Assembly: GCA_017889545.1 (NCBI GenBank)
Contig: JAGFZV010000014.1
Coordinates: 12,086 to 76,085 of the forward strand
Direction: 5' to 3'
From: Bacillota bacterium
Lineage (GTDB): Bacteria > Bacillota > Negativicutes > CTSoil-072
Length of the DNA stretch: 64,000 nucleotides
A program made the position numbers and the translations under genes. Each line of letters opens with the position of its first letter. Positions within the stretch are counted from its first letter, which is position 1. A model generated the notes under the pieces. It was given only the letters and a program-made list of their open reading frames with translations, did no database searches and was not told the DNA's origin. This document shows, piece by piece, positions 39,528 to 48,138 of this stretch.

Positions 39528-40589
39528 TTATGCTGCTGTGGCAATTTCCTGCCATTCTTTCTTCGGCAATGCCAATATTTGACCGCCGAACCGTTCAAAA
39601 TCCGTAGCCCGATTATAATCCAAGATTTCTTGGCTGGTATGGGTTACAGCATTCAAAAGCCCGTAGGCTGACAGATCGCCACCTTGGATTAAATGTTTAA
39701 TAACGCTGTCCCTTTCCAATTGATTGAACTGAAGCCGCTGACCAAGGACTTCCACTGCTCTTACCGGACTCCCTTGGATCATCTGCCCGGTTGCTTGTTT
39801 CATGCGATCGACAATTAAAGCAAATTTCGCCTGATCAACCGCTGCACGCACAATGTCCTGCACCTTTAGGAAGAAGGCTTTATCGTCCGCTTCCAAAGTT
39901 TCATCGCGGTATAGTTCATAAACAGGGTTTTCGTTTTCAACGGTTCGCCCCACATGATATTTGCGCTGGCCGAAATCTTGCGCAATCATGCCGTTCAAAC
40001 ACGCCAATCGGTAAATCAATGGTTCAACTTTTACGGAACCCAAGCCGACTTCACTGTTGCTGATGACAATGCCCGCCTGCACAATATCGCCCTTTTGCAC
40101 TTCCAACTGCAACGTTTTGTTGATCACTTTGATGAACATATTGGTTTCTGTTAACTCACAGCTGATGACTTCCGCACCTTTCATTTTGGCCAAAACGGGA
40201 AAAACGGCTTCTGCTAAATCATAATTGTCCAATCTCCGGTACCGATCTGAAAGGAACGCTCTTGCCTTCCCGTCTAACGTTCGGATCAAACGACGTTCCG
40301 GTTTGGCCTGCAGCCAGGAATTCACGTTTTCATCTAATAATGCCGGATTCTCCGCTTTCATTTTGTCATAGTAGCGAAATGGAATTCCCAACCGGTCTGA
40401 AATTTGTCGATGCGTCAACTCGTTGACCACAAACCCGTTGTTCCCGTTTTCGATTGGCAAGGCCAGCCTGCTTAATCCGTCTGCAGTTTGAAAGCCAAGA
40501 GAGCGGGTATCCACCAGATAATCCCGTTTTGTCAAAGCCTGCACATTCAATTCTCTGGCTAATTCGCCTAATGTCCTACCTTGTTTCAT
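39528..40589 (-). CDS. DUF932-family protein
   Basis: ARAFLSDRYRRLDN, ISNSEVGLGS, YRLACLNGMI. Confidence 0.8.
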   Translation of the reverse strand: MKQGRTLGELARELNVQALTKRDYLVDTRSLGFQTADGLSRLALPIENGNNGFVVNELTHRQISDRLGIPFRYYDKMKAENPALLDENVNSWLQAKPERRLIRTLDGKARAFLSDRYRRLDNYDLAEAVFPVLAKMKGAEVISCELTETNMFIKVINKTLQLEVQKGDIVQAGIVISNSEVGLGSVKVEPLIYRLACLNGMIAQDFGQRKYHVGRTVENENPVYELYRDETLEADDKAFFLKVQDIVRAAVDQAKFALIVDRMKQATGQMIQGSPVRAVEVLGQRLQFNQLERDSVIKHLIQGGDLSAYGLLNAVTHTSQEILDYNRATDFERFGGQILALPKKEWQEIATAA

Positions 40590-40836
40590 CTGTTTTATTC
40601 CTCCTTTTATTTTTTGGATAACAAGAAATTGATGAATTCACTGAGCAGTCGCAATAACGATGCTGTCATGCATGCCGCCTCCTTTTTTTGTATGAAAGAA
40701 ATGAAAAAGACACGCCATTGCTGACGTGCCCATATTGCTTATATCAATATTTTTGTGTATTTTGTGCATAAATTTGATCGGTCCAATATCTCACTTTATA
40801 TTATGATTTTGTCCCTTTTTATTATGCACTAAACAC

Positions 40837-40988
40837 GTCAAATAGAACCGTTGTAACCTGCGCTTCACCGTCTGCCTGCCGTTGGGTATCAAGAAAAGCA
40901 TTGTATCCGCCTATCGTGTCTTTTCCCAACCCACCCATCAATCCGCTTCGATCCAGGATAAAGATGATTTCTGTTAGTTTTTTTTCAT
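40837..40988 (-). pseudogene. 5' fragment of a vWA gene (frameshift in an A8 run, ends at ...TTVLFD)
   Basis: MKK-LTEIIFILDRSGLMGGLGKDTIGGYNAFLDTQRQADGEAQVTTVLFD aligns with the N-terminus of 51503-52156; GGAGG RBS retained. Confidence 0.85.
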
Positions 40989-41111
40989 GCCTATTCCTCC
41001 CGCAAAAATGAAATCAAGCCCTCCTCGTTGATGTAGGGGGCTCGTTTTGCTTATACCAATGATATTGTTTTTTGACGCTTATCATTGTCTAAAGGATCGT
41101 TATCGATGCAT

Positions 41112-43628
41112 TTACCATTTTTGTATATTAAATTTCCCAAACAAAGATTTTAAAAAGCCGCTCTCGCGTTTATGCACAAAAGTTTCTTCATAATTATTAC
41201 CTGAAAATATTTTTAGGTGGCTACAAAAAACCGGATTAATAACAAACGCCATATTATTAGTTAACGCTTGGTCACGAACTCTTGCCGTAATCAAGAGTGA
41301 TTTCTGAATTGAAACAGCATATTCGACATATTGGTCAGGAAATTTCACACCAAAAAAACCAACCGAAACCATATCTGCTATCATATTTCGAATATCTTTT
41401 TCATCTGTTTTGTTAGTATTTTCACCTATATGTTTTATAAGCTCCTGCAATGTCCAGTGATCCGCTTTGCCCGCAAAAGAATTAATAACGTTTTCCAACC
41501 ATGGTTGTTCCGCCTTATATTCAGCTATTATTTGCTTCAATGCAAAACCTGAATAATATTCATGTGCTATTAGCATATCTGCCTCTTCAATTTCCGAGTG
41601 CCCACGATTTATAGCCCATTCGATAGCCTTTTGAACAAAATGAATTAAATCTCTTGGACGAGGAAGTACGTTATTATAAAGCCATTCTCGTGTCTGCACT
41701 CCTTTTACCTTATGGGCAAAAAATTCAGTCCAGATATCTTCTGGTGGAGTTGTCCCATTTTTAATAGTCACTTTGCGAAACCGTTCTTCAATCACCCGCA
41801 TTAACATTTCTTGATCATTCCAAATAAGTTCAATTTGATCTGTTATTATTTTATCAGGCTCTCGCACAATCTCAAGATTAAGAATATATTCCAATATATT
41901 TCGTCGCAGAAAAATTATCACACTAATATCTAAATCCTCTCCAAAGTCGGTTCTTAAACGCCGGTGGATACCTAATAACGAAAATACTAATTGAGCCTGT
42001 AAAGTTAAATCACTTTCTGCATGCCATGATTTATCCAAATTATCAATGAGAATGACTATTTTATTAGTAGTTTGTATGATAGGGGTTATGTATTTTTTCC
42101 CATCTTTTAACATTTTGTCATGGATTTTTTTTGAAAAACTATCCGGATTCAAGGCCACGTCTTCTAACCAATTAGAAACAATTTCAAGTTTTTGCTCAAA
42201 GGGAGCTTCAACTAAGACTGCATGTAATGTAAAAAAGCTTAAAAAATCTTCTTCCGCTCTTGTTCTTCCCGTTTCAACTGGTCTTTTTTCTATATATTTT
42301 TTTAATACTACCATTATTTCACAATAAAGTATGAATTTCCATACATTTTCTAATACATGTTCTACAAAGCCTTCACGTTCAGCCAGTTTACTTAGCGACG
42401 TCAAAAAACGAGCCATCTTATAGTCTGCAGGCTTAATTTCACAGACTATATTCTTTACGTGCTTGCACGTGAAGGCATCTCGCAATTGATAAAATGTTGC
42501 CGTCTTTCCTGTCCCTTTGCACCCAATTATTAAAGCCTGTCTACATTTTAACGCTTGGTTAAACTGACCGGTTTTAATAAAATAATTTGAAAGCTCCTTT
42601 TCTTCATTTTCAGCAATAGAGTCACCTAGATTTACTTCTAGTAATATATATTCTTTCTCTTGAGATAAAAGTTTTCTTTTATCAGCATTACCTCCGAATA
42701 TTGCAGGCCTCAATGTTTGTTCAGTTGTAATAGAACTTTCACTTAATTCAAAGGCTTCTCTGAGCATACATCCAATTTGATCCTCATTATTTGGTAATAA
42801 AATAATTTCCTTATAATCAAAAGGAATTTCATACTCAGGCAACCCAATAATCTTTACTTTTTTCCCCAATCCAATTGCCATTCCACAAATAAAAGAATAG
42901 CGTGCGTTCATTGCCCGACTATTATCCCAACTCGTAGGCAAAAAGAATGCAACTATTCCTGAGGCCTGATTAATTTCCCGGACATACCAAAGCAACGTTT
43001 GTGCACTATTTTCATTCCAATCATCAATATGAACTTCAGAATAAGTTTCCTTGAAGATTTTAAGCGAAATCAATGCAATATTATGAAGACATACACCTTG
43101 CAGAAAAAGTCCACGGTTTGGTATGAAATTTACATCCATTAATGAATATTTATCATATTCTGGAGATGCTTTATGGATAAAAGGATTTTTAGTTTCTATC
43201 AAAGTAGAAAGTTGTTTTGAGTTTTTATAACTCCCAATATCCCATCCTGCGATTATCTCAAAATTTTTCAGATCGTCGTTTCGATCTGTCGTTGAAAACC
43301 CCTGAGTAAATAATAACGAATGTTTTCGTTTGCCAAAAGCAATTCCTGCCTCAAATAGAACATTAGGATTTAACCCGGAAATATCAGCAATAAATAAGTC
43401 ATTTCGCTCAATTGACTCCAAGATATTAGAAATTATTCTAGAACTTTTCCGTTGCATCCATTCCCAACTAGTAATCTCTAGATCATGCGATTGCAAATTT
43501 AATTCTTTAATTGCATTTACAATTATTTCTGCCAAATGACATGGGTTACTAGGATAGGCAAAAAAGCCTTGTTTCTTTGTAACCAGTTGCTTTTTTTTGT
43601 TCTTTTGATTAGTCTTTTTCTTTGGCAT
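41112..43628 (-). CDS. P-loop ATPase (Sll1717-like) with N-terminal TIR/nucleoside-deoxyribosyltransferase-like domain(s)
   Basis: FFAYPS..DLFIADISGLNPNVLFEAGIAFG; Walker A GCKGTGKT; Walker B ILIDNLD; RPRDLI. Confidence 0.75.
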   Translation of the reverse strand: MPKKKTNQKNKKKQLVTKKQGFFAYPSNPCHLAEIIVNAIKELNLQSHDLEITSWEWMQRKSSRIISNILESIERNDLFIADISGLNPNVLFEAGIAFGKRKHSLLFTQGFSTTDRNDDLKNFEIIAGWDIGSYKNSKQLSTLIETKNPFIHKASPEYDKYSLMDVNFIPNRGLFLQGVCLHNIALISLKIFKETYSEVHIDDWNENSAQTLLWYVREINQASGIVAFFLPTSWDNSRAMNARYSFICGMAIGLGKKVKIIGLPEYEIPFDYKEIILLPNNEDQIGCMLREAFELSESSITTEQTLRPAIFGGNADKRKLLSQEKEYILLEVNLGDSIAENEEKELSNYFIKTGQFNQALKCRQALIIGCKGTGKTATFYQLRDAFTCKHVKNIVCEIKPADYKMARFLTSLSKLAEREGFVEHVLENVWKFILYCEIMVVLKKYIEKRPVETGRTRAEEDFLSFFTLHAVLVEAPFEQKLEIVSNWLEDVALNPDSFSKKIHDKMLKDGKKYITPIIQTTNKIVILIDNLDKSWHAESDLTLQAQLVFSLLGIHRRLRTDFGEDLDISVIIFLRRNILEYILNLEIVREPDKIITDQIELIWNDQEMLMRVIEERFRKVTIKNGTTPPEDIWTEFFAHKVKGVQTREWLYNNVLPRPRDLIHFVQKAIEWAINRGHSEIEEADMLIAHEYYSGFALKQIIAEYKAEQPWLENVINSFAGKADHWTLQELIKHIGENTNKTDEKDIRNMIADMVSVGFFGVKFPDQYVEYAVSIQKSLLITARVRDQALTNNMAFVINPVFCSHLKIFSGNNYEETFVHKRESGFLKSLFGKFNIQKW

Positions 43629-43761
43629 AATTGCTCCTCCAGTATCTATGCACATAAATCTGACTTGTGTCCGTATTGTACGATGAAACATTGGACAATA
43701 CCAATTGATCAAGTTTTTATATCAACTATTTCACTGCCATTACAATAATTAACGTTTGGAT

Positions 43762-44151
43762 TTATCTTGCCCCATTTATGAGCTTTTTTAAATTATCCCA
43801 TGTCCACTTATACACCTTATCTTTTGCCAAAGCGGCTTTTGGTTTAGCGCATGTTTTCCCGGGCCGTCCATGCAATAAAAAATAAGAGACTTCTTCCTCT
43901 TGTGCAATTTTCAATTCGGCTGAGACCCCTGAAGCAGCATCAGTTTTTTCTCCGCACATAACAATCACAACGTCACAACTCTTAATTCTTGTGCGCGCTT
44001 TCGCTTTCCAGTTTGAATCAATTGTTTCTTTTATTGACATATCTGTTATCGCAAAAGGAGAATCCGGATTTTTTGCCTGCCCAACTAATAATATCTTAAG
44101 GTCAGAATCATTATCATAATCAAAGCTAATAAAAGTTCTTTTTTTAACCAT
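43762..44151 (-). CDS. TIR domain protein (ThsB / DUF1863-like)
   Basis: RTFISFDYDND, WK..ARTRIKSCDVVIVMCG, GVSAEL (catalytic Glu position), WTWDNL. Confidence 0.85.
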   Translation of the reverse strand: MVKKRTFISFDYDNDSDLKILLVGQAKNPDSPFAITDMSIKETIDSNWKAKARTRIKSCDVVIVMCGEKTDAASGVSAELKIAQEEEVSYFLLHGRPGKTCAKPKAALAKDKVYKWTWDNLKKLINGAR

Positions 44152-44182
44152 AATTTTGTACCCTCCATTCATGTAATATTTT

Positions 44183-44659
44183 TCAACACAAAATAAACAA
44201 TACAATACCCCCTGTTATGTAAAACAAACCGAATATAACTGGTATTAATTTTTCCACATGCGATATCGGCCAATAATTATTCCTATCTGTTCCATTTTCT
44301 AATAAACTCCACTCATATGCGTACAGAGAAGCTGGCAAAGATTTTTCCAACTCATGAATTACCGCAAATTTTCCTGAATTTAATTGCCTATAGCTATTTA
44401 AAATGTAAAACCATGCTAGCGAAGTTATTAAACCCACAGCAGCAATCAAAATAAACCATTTATTAATATTATTCTTAAATAAACCCAATATTGTTAATAT
44501 TATTGAATTTAGAGTTATAAAAAACGTATTTACAGTCATTCTTCGTTGACTAATTCTATCAGCCATTTCAACATAAATTTTATATTGTTCTAAGAGATGT
44601 TGCTGATAAGAATCCCCGTATTCGATTTTTGACCCGCTAAGTAAGCTAATGTCGCTCAT
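44183..44659 (-). CDS. Small multi-TM protein (RipA/8xMP-like oligomeric membrane protein)
   Basis: LLEQYKIYVEMADRISQRR..NTFFITLN, SYRQLNSGKFAVIHELEK.LP, three hydrophobic segments. Confidence 0.7.
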   Translation of the reverse strand: MSDISLLSGSKIEYGDSYQQHLLEQYKIYVEMADRISQRRMTVNTFFITLNSIILTILGLFKNNINKWFILIAAVGLITSLAWFYILNSYRQLNSGKFAVIHELEKSLPASLYAYEWSLLENGTDRNNYWPISHVEKLIPVIFGLFYITGGIVLFILC

Positions 44660-44903
44660 ATTATCCTAACCACCTCTTATTTGATTAATATAACAACTTC
44701 TATGCGCGCTTATTCTGGCACATCAATCAGCCTGTGCTATGACAACTGTTACCGTATAATGATTATTTTTATTGTTAGTCGTGTTCTTGATCGCTACGGA
44801 TCAAATCACGAGCAATCTTTTATTATTTGTCCTTCCTAATGAGATGTTTATCTGTGTAAAAAAGCCAATTTAATTTTTTATTAATTATCTGTTAATATCA
44901 TTT

Positions 44904-45413
44904 TTAAATAATCTCCAAAAACAACATATGTTGCCACAGTAAATTTTGAAAATCTTCCTTTGCAGTTAATTCTTGAGCTAATATAGAACTTCCACGACCA
45001 TCATTAACGATATACTGTCGGAAATCATATGTAAACCGGTTAAAGCGATTGATATATCCCTGTTGCAATATATCAATGCATTTATCCTCTGAGATCTTAC
45101 TTTTTTCATTAATCAGATGAATTACTGTCGCTTTTCGCCGTTGATTATTACGGACCCATTCCAGAGCTTGTTGCAGATTGTCCATGGCCTGCGTTTGATG
45201 GCTCTTATGCTCAATTTCAATTGAAAGAATACGATCGTACTTATTTAATCTATTCTTCCGTCCAATCCAAATATCAGGGCGTCCACGCCATTCACTACCG
45301 GGATTTATATCAACATTAACGGTCAAATCATTTGCTTTAGGCCATTTCTGGAATAACTTTTCAATTTCATTAGCCAAAGAATGTTGAAATCTGTTAGTAA
45401 ATTTTCCAGTCAT
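44904..45413 (-). CDS. Hypothetical protein, possible PD-(D/E)XK nuclease
   Basis: RPDIWIG...SIEIE motif spacing. Confidence 0.5.
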   Translation of the reverse strand: MTGKFTNRFQHSLANEIEKLFQKWPKANDLTVNVDINPGSEWRGRPDIWIGRKNRLNKYDRILSIEIEHKSHQTQAMDNLQQALEWVRNNQRRKATVIHLINEKSKISEDKCIDILQQGYINRFNRFTYDFRQYIVNDGRGSSILAQELTAKEDFQNLLWQHMLFLEII

Positions 45414-45750
45414 AGTTATCCCCCAAAATAATTGTCCTCTGCAAAAAAATAAAACCACTCCAACACAATTGTGACGTGGTTTTTGTTTACTGTATATAGT
45501 CTGCATTTGCAAAAGCCATAGATCGTTAGATAATTTCCACTTAGTTAAAAATATACATTCTCCTATTATTTTGAAAATCCTGCACAATATTTATTAGCAT
45601 ATATAAAAGAAATCAAATGGTATGTCTATTCGCTCTAAAGGCACAGAATAGCAAGTATAATTGTTTGATATTCTCAAATTTATATTGAGATTTGCTTGTG
45701 CCATGTTATACTTTTATTTATAGGGTCTCATTAGAATTGGAGGTCTGATT

Positions 45751-46026
45751 ATGGCGGTCAGTTACAATAGACTCTGGAAACTGTTGATTGACAGAGGCAT
45801 GAACAAAACACAGCTGCTAAAAGAAGCAAAAATCAGTACAAACGCCTTAGCAAAACTCGGCAGAAATGAAAATGTCCGTGTTGATGTGCTTGTTAAAATC
45901 TGCTGCGTATTGGGTTGCACGATGGATGATATTATGGACGTTATTCACGATGCGGAGAAAAAGCAAGGATTGGCTCGAAATCAAGGCGAAGGAAAGCCGC
46001 CTACGGGTTCGAATAAGAACCAATAA
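45751..46026 (+). CDS. Cro/C1-type HTH regulator upstream of the RM genes
   Basis: MAVSYNRLWKLLIDRGMNKTQL...LVKIC..LGCTMDDIM. Confidence 0.88.
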   Translation: MAVSYNRLWKLLIDRGMNKTQLLKEAKISTNALAKLGRNENVRVDVLVKICCVLGCTMDDIMDVIHDAEKKQGLARNQGEGKPPTGSNKNQ

Positions 46027-46039
46027 AAGGGGGGAAATT

Positions 46040-48136
46040 ATGGCTGCAATACATGACCTGATCAATCAAATAGAAAATCCAGAGTTGCGTGCCCGCATTC
46101 AGCAGAAGATAGACCAGATGAATAAGCAGAAGAAATTCGGGCTTGTGTTTGAAGAGCATCTGCCAGAATGTACGCCGCTTTATGATATTCCTGTTCGGAA
46201 AGACAGCACGGTTGCTCTCAAAGCCGGCAAGGTGAACGAAACATATGTCGTATTGAAGTTGAAAGATGACACTGCGGTATGTCTGCCAAAAGGAGGCGGG
46301 GAACTATCGGAGATCCCGGTGGCGGACTTGGTGTCCGTTGCAGAGTTCGGCGAGACAATTTATCCTTATCTGAAACCCATTGACAGCGTGTGCAACGCGC
46401 CCGATAGCGATTTGTGGCATACGCTGATCGAAGCAGACAACTACCATGCTCTGCAGCTATTGGAATATCTCTATGCCGGCAAAGTAGACTGCATCTATAT
46501 TGATCCGCCCTATAACACCGGCGCACGGGACTGGAAGTATAATAATGATTATGTGGATGGTGCTGATACATATAGGCACAGCAAGTGGCTTTCCATGATA
46601 CAGAAGCGGTTGAAAATTGCCAAGAAGCTGCTAAATTCGAATGATTCAGTAATGATCGTCACCATTGATGAAAAGGAGTATCTACATCTTGGATGCTTGC
46701 TGGAGGAGATGTTTCCGGAAGCCCGCATTCAAATGGTAAGCGTGGCTATCCATTCCGCAGGCGTTTCACGATCAGAGTTTTCGAGAACAGACGAATATTA
46801 CTATTTTGTTTTTCTTGGCAAAGCGGCTCCAAAGGCAATTAGCCTTGACGAAGAGTGGAGTGCAGACGGAACTAAAAGGCAAAGTGATGTCCGCTGGGAA
46901 AGTATGCTTAGGTCAGGCAACAATGGAAGGCGCAAAGATAGACCAAACCTGTTTTTTCCGGTGCATTTTGATAAATATTCTGAGGATTTTGTTGGGTTTG
47001 GTACTCCAATTCCATTTGGTGTAGCCGGAAAAAACTATATCCCGCCTGAAGGATGCGTTGCTGTTTTGCCCTACGCTTCTGATGGTTCAGAAGCCTGCTG
47101 GAGGATTTCTGCGCAAAAAGCAATGGAACTTAAAGAACGAGGTGCATTTGACTGGGGTGCATATAAAGGTGATAAGACAACTCTCAAATATCTGAAACCT
47201 GGTGAACTCAACAAAATTGAGAATGGGGAGTACACAGTCACTGGATATAAAGAAAATGGTGCAATGATCATTTCCTCTAAAGACTATAAACCTAAATGGA
47301 TTCCCGGTACTCAATGGCATGTTTCTACTCATCAAGCAGGTGGCGTTGGTGGAAGTGTCTTAATTAAAACTATTTTAGGCGAAAAAAGATTTGACTTCCC
47401 CAAATCTGTTTATGCAGTAAGAGATTCATTGCGTTTTATTATGGCCGATACACCTAATGCCCTCATTGTCGACTTTTTCGCGGGCTCTGGTACCACGCTC
47501 CATGCTGTTAACCTACTTAATGCCGAGGATGGCGGACACCGTCGTTGCATCATGGTTACCAATAACGAGGTCTCCGTTGATGAAGCAAAATCTCTTTCAA
47601 AGCAAGGCTATCAGCCCGGTGATCAAGAATGGGAAAAGCTCGGTATTGCCCGCTATGTTACCTGGCCCCGCACAGTATGCAGTATTGAGGGGCACGATGT
47701 CAACGTTAATCCGCTGAAGGGCAATTATCTTGGTTCTGATATTCCAATGGCTGACGGATTCAAGGCAAACGCAGTCTATTTCAAGCTTAGTTTTCTCAAT
47801 AAGACCGATGTTGCTTTGGGCAGGCAGTTCAAAGAAATGCTGCCCACGCTGTGGATGAAAGCCGGAGCATACGGTCCTTGCCCCAAACTGGCAGGAGAAG
47901 AAACGCCCACCATGCTAGTGCTGCCGGAGAATCGGCTTGCCATACTAACAGAAGAAGCTACTTTCCCTGATTTTGAAGCAGCAGTAAATGCCCATCCGGA
48001 AATCGAAACGATATATATCGTCACCGACTACGAGGCTGGGTACTGTGCCATGGCAAAGAATCTGAGTGCACCCAATACATATCAGCTCTATCGAGATTAT
48101 CTCGATAACTTCAGAATCAATACCGGGAGGAACTGA
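46040..48136 (+). CDS. mod: Type III RM methyltransferase (Mod)
   Basis: KKFGLVFEEH, IYIDPPYNTG, FDFPKS, DFFAGSGTT. Confidence 0.92.
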   Translation: MAAIHDLINQIENPELRARIQQKIDQMNKQKKFGLVFEEHLPECTPLYDIPVRKDSTVALKAGKVNETYVVLKLKDDTAVCLPKGGGELSEIPVADLVSVAEFGETIYPYLKPIDSVCNAPDSDLWHTLIEADNYHALQLLEYLYAGKVDCIYIDPPYNTGARDWKYNNDYVDGADTYRHSKWLSMIQKRLKIAKKLLNSNDSVMIVTIDEKEYLHLGCLLEEMFPEARIQMVSVAIHSAGVSRSEFSRTDEYYYFVFLGKAAPKAISLDEEWSADGTKRQSDVRWESMLRSGNNGRRKDRPNLFFPVHFDKYSEDFVGFGTPIPFGVAGKNYIPPEGCVAVLPYASDGSEACWRISAQKAMELKERGAFDWGAYKGDKTTLKYLKPGELNKIENGEYTVTGYKENGAMIISSKDYKPKWIPGTQWHVSTHQAGGVGGSVLIKTILGEKRFDFPKSVYAVRDSLRFIMADTPNALIVDFFAGSGTTLHAVNLLNAEDGGHRRCIMVTNNEVSVDEAKSLSKQGYQPGDQEWEKLGIARYVTWPRTVCSIEGHDVNVNPLKGNYLGSDIPMADGFKANAVYFKLSFLNKTDVALGRQFKEMLPTLWMKAGAYGPCPKLAGEETPTMLVLPENRLAILTEEATFPDFEAAVNAHPEIETIYIVTDYEAGYCAMAKNLSAPNTYQLYRDYLDNFRINTGRN

Positions 48137-48138
48137 CC

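Noticed and set aside
45866-48136. Longer mod start and a phase-variable mod
   Set aside because: The extension overlaps the HTH gene, and no simple-sequence repeat tract was seen in mod
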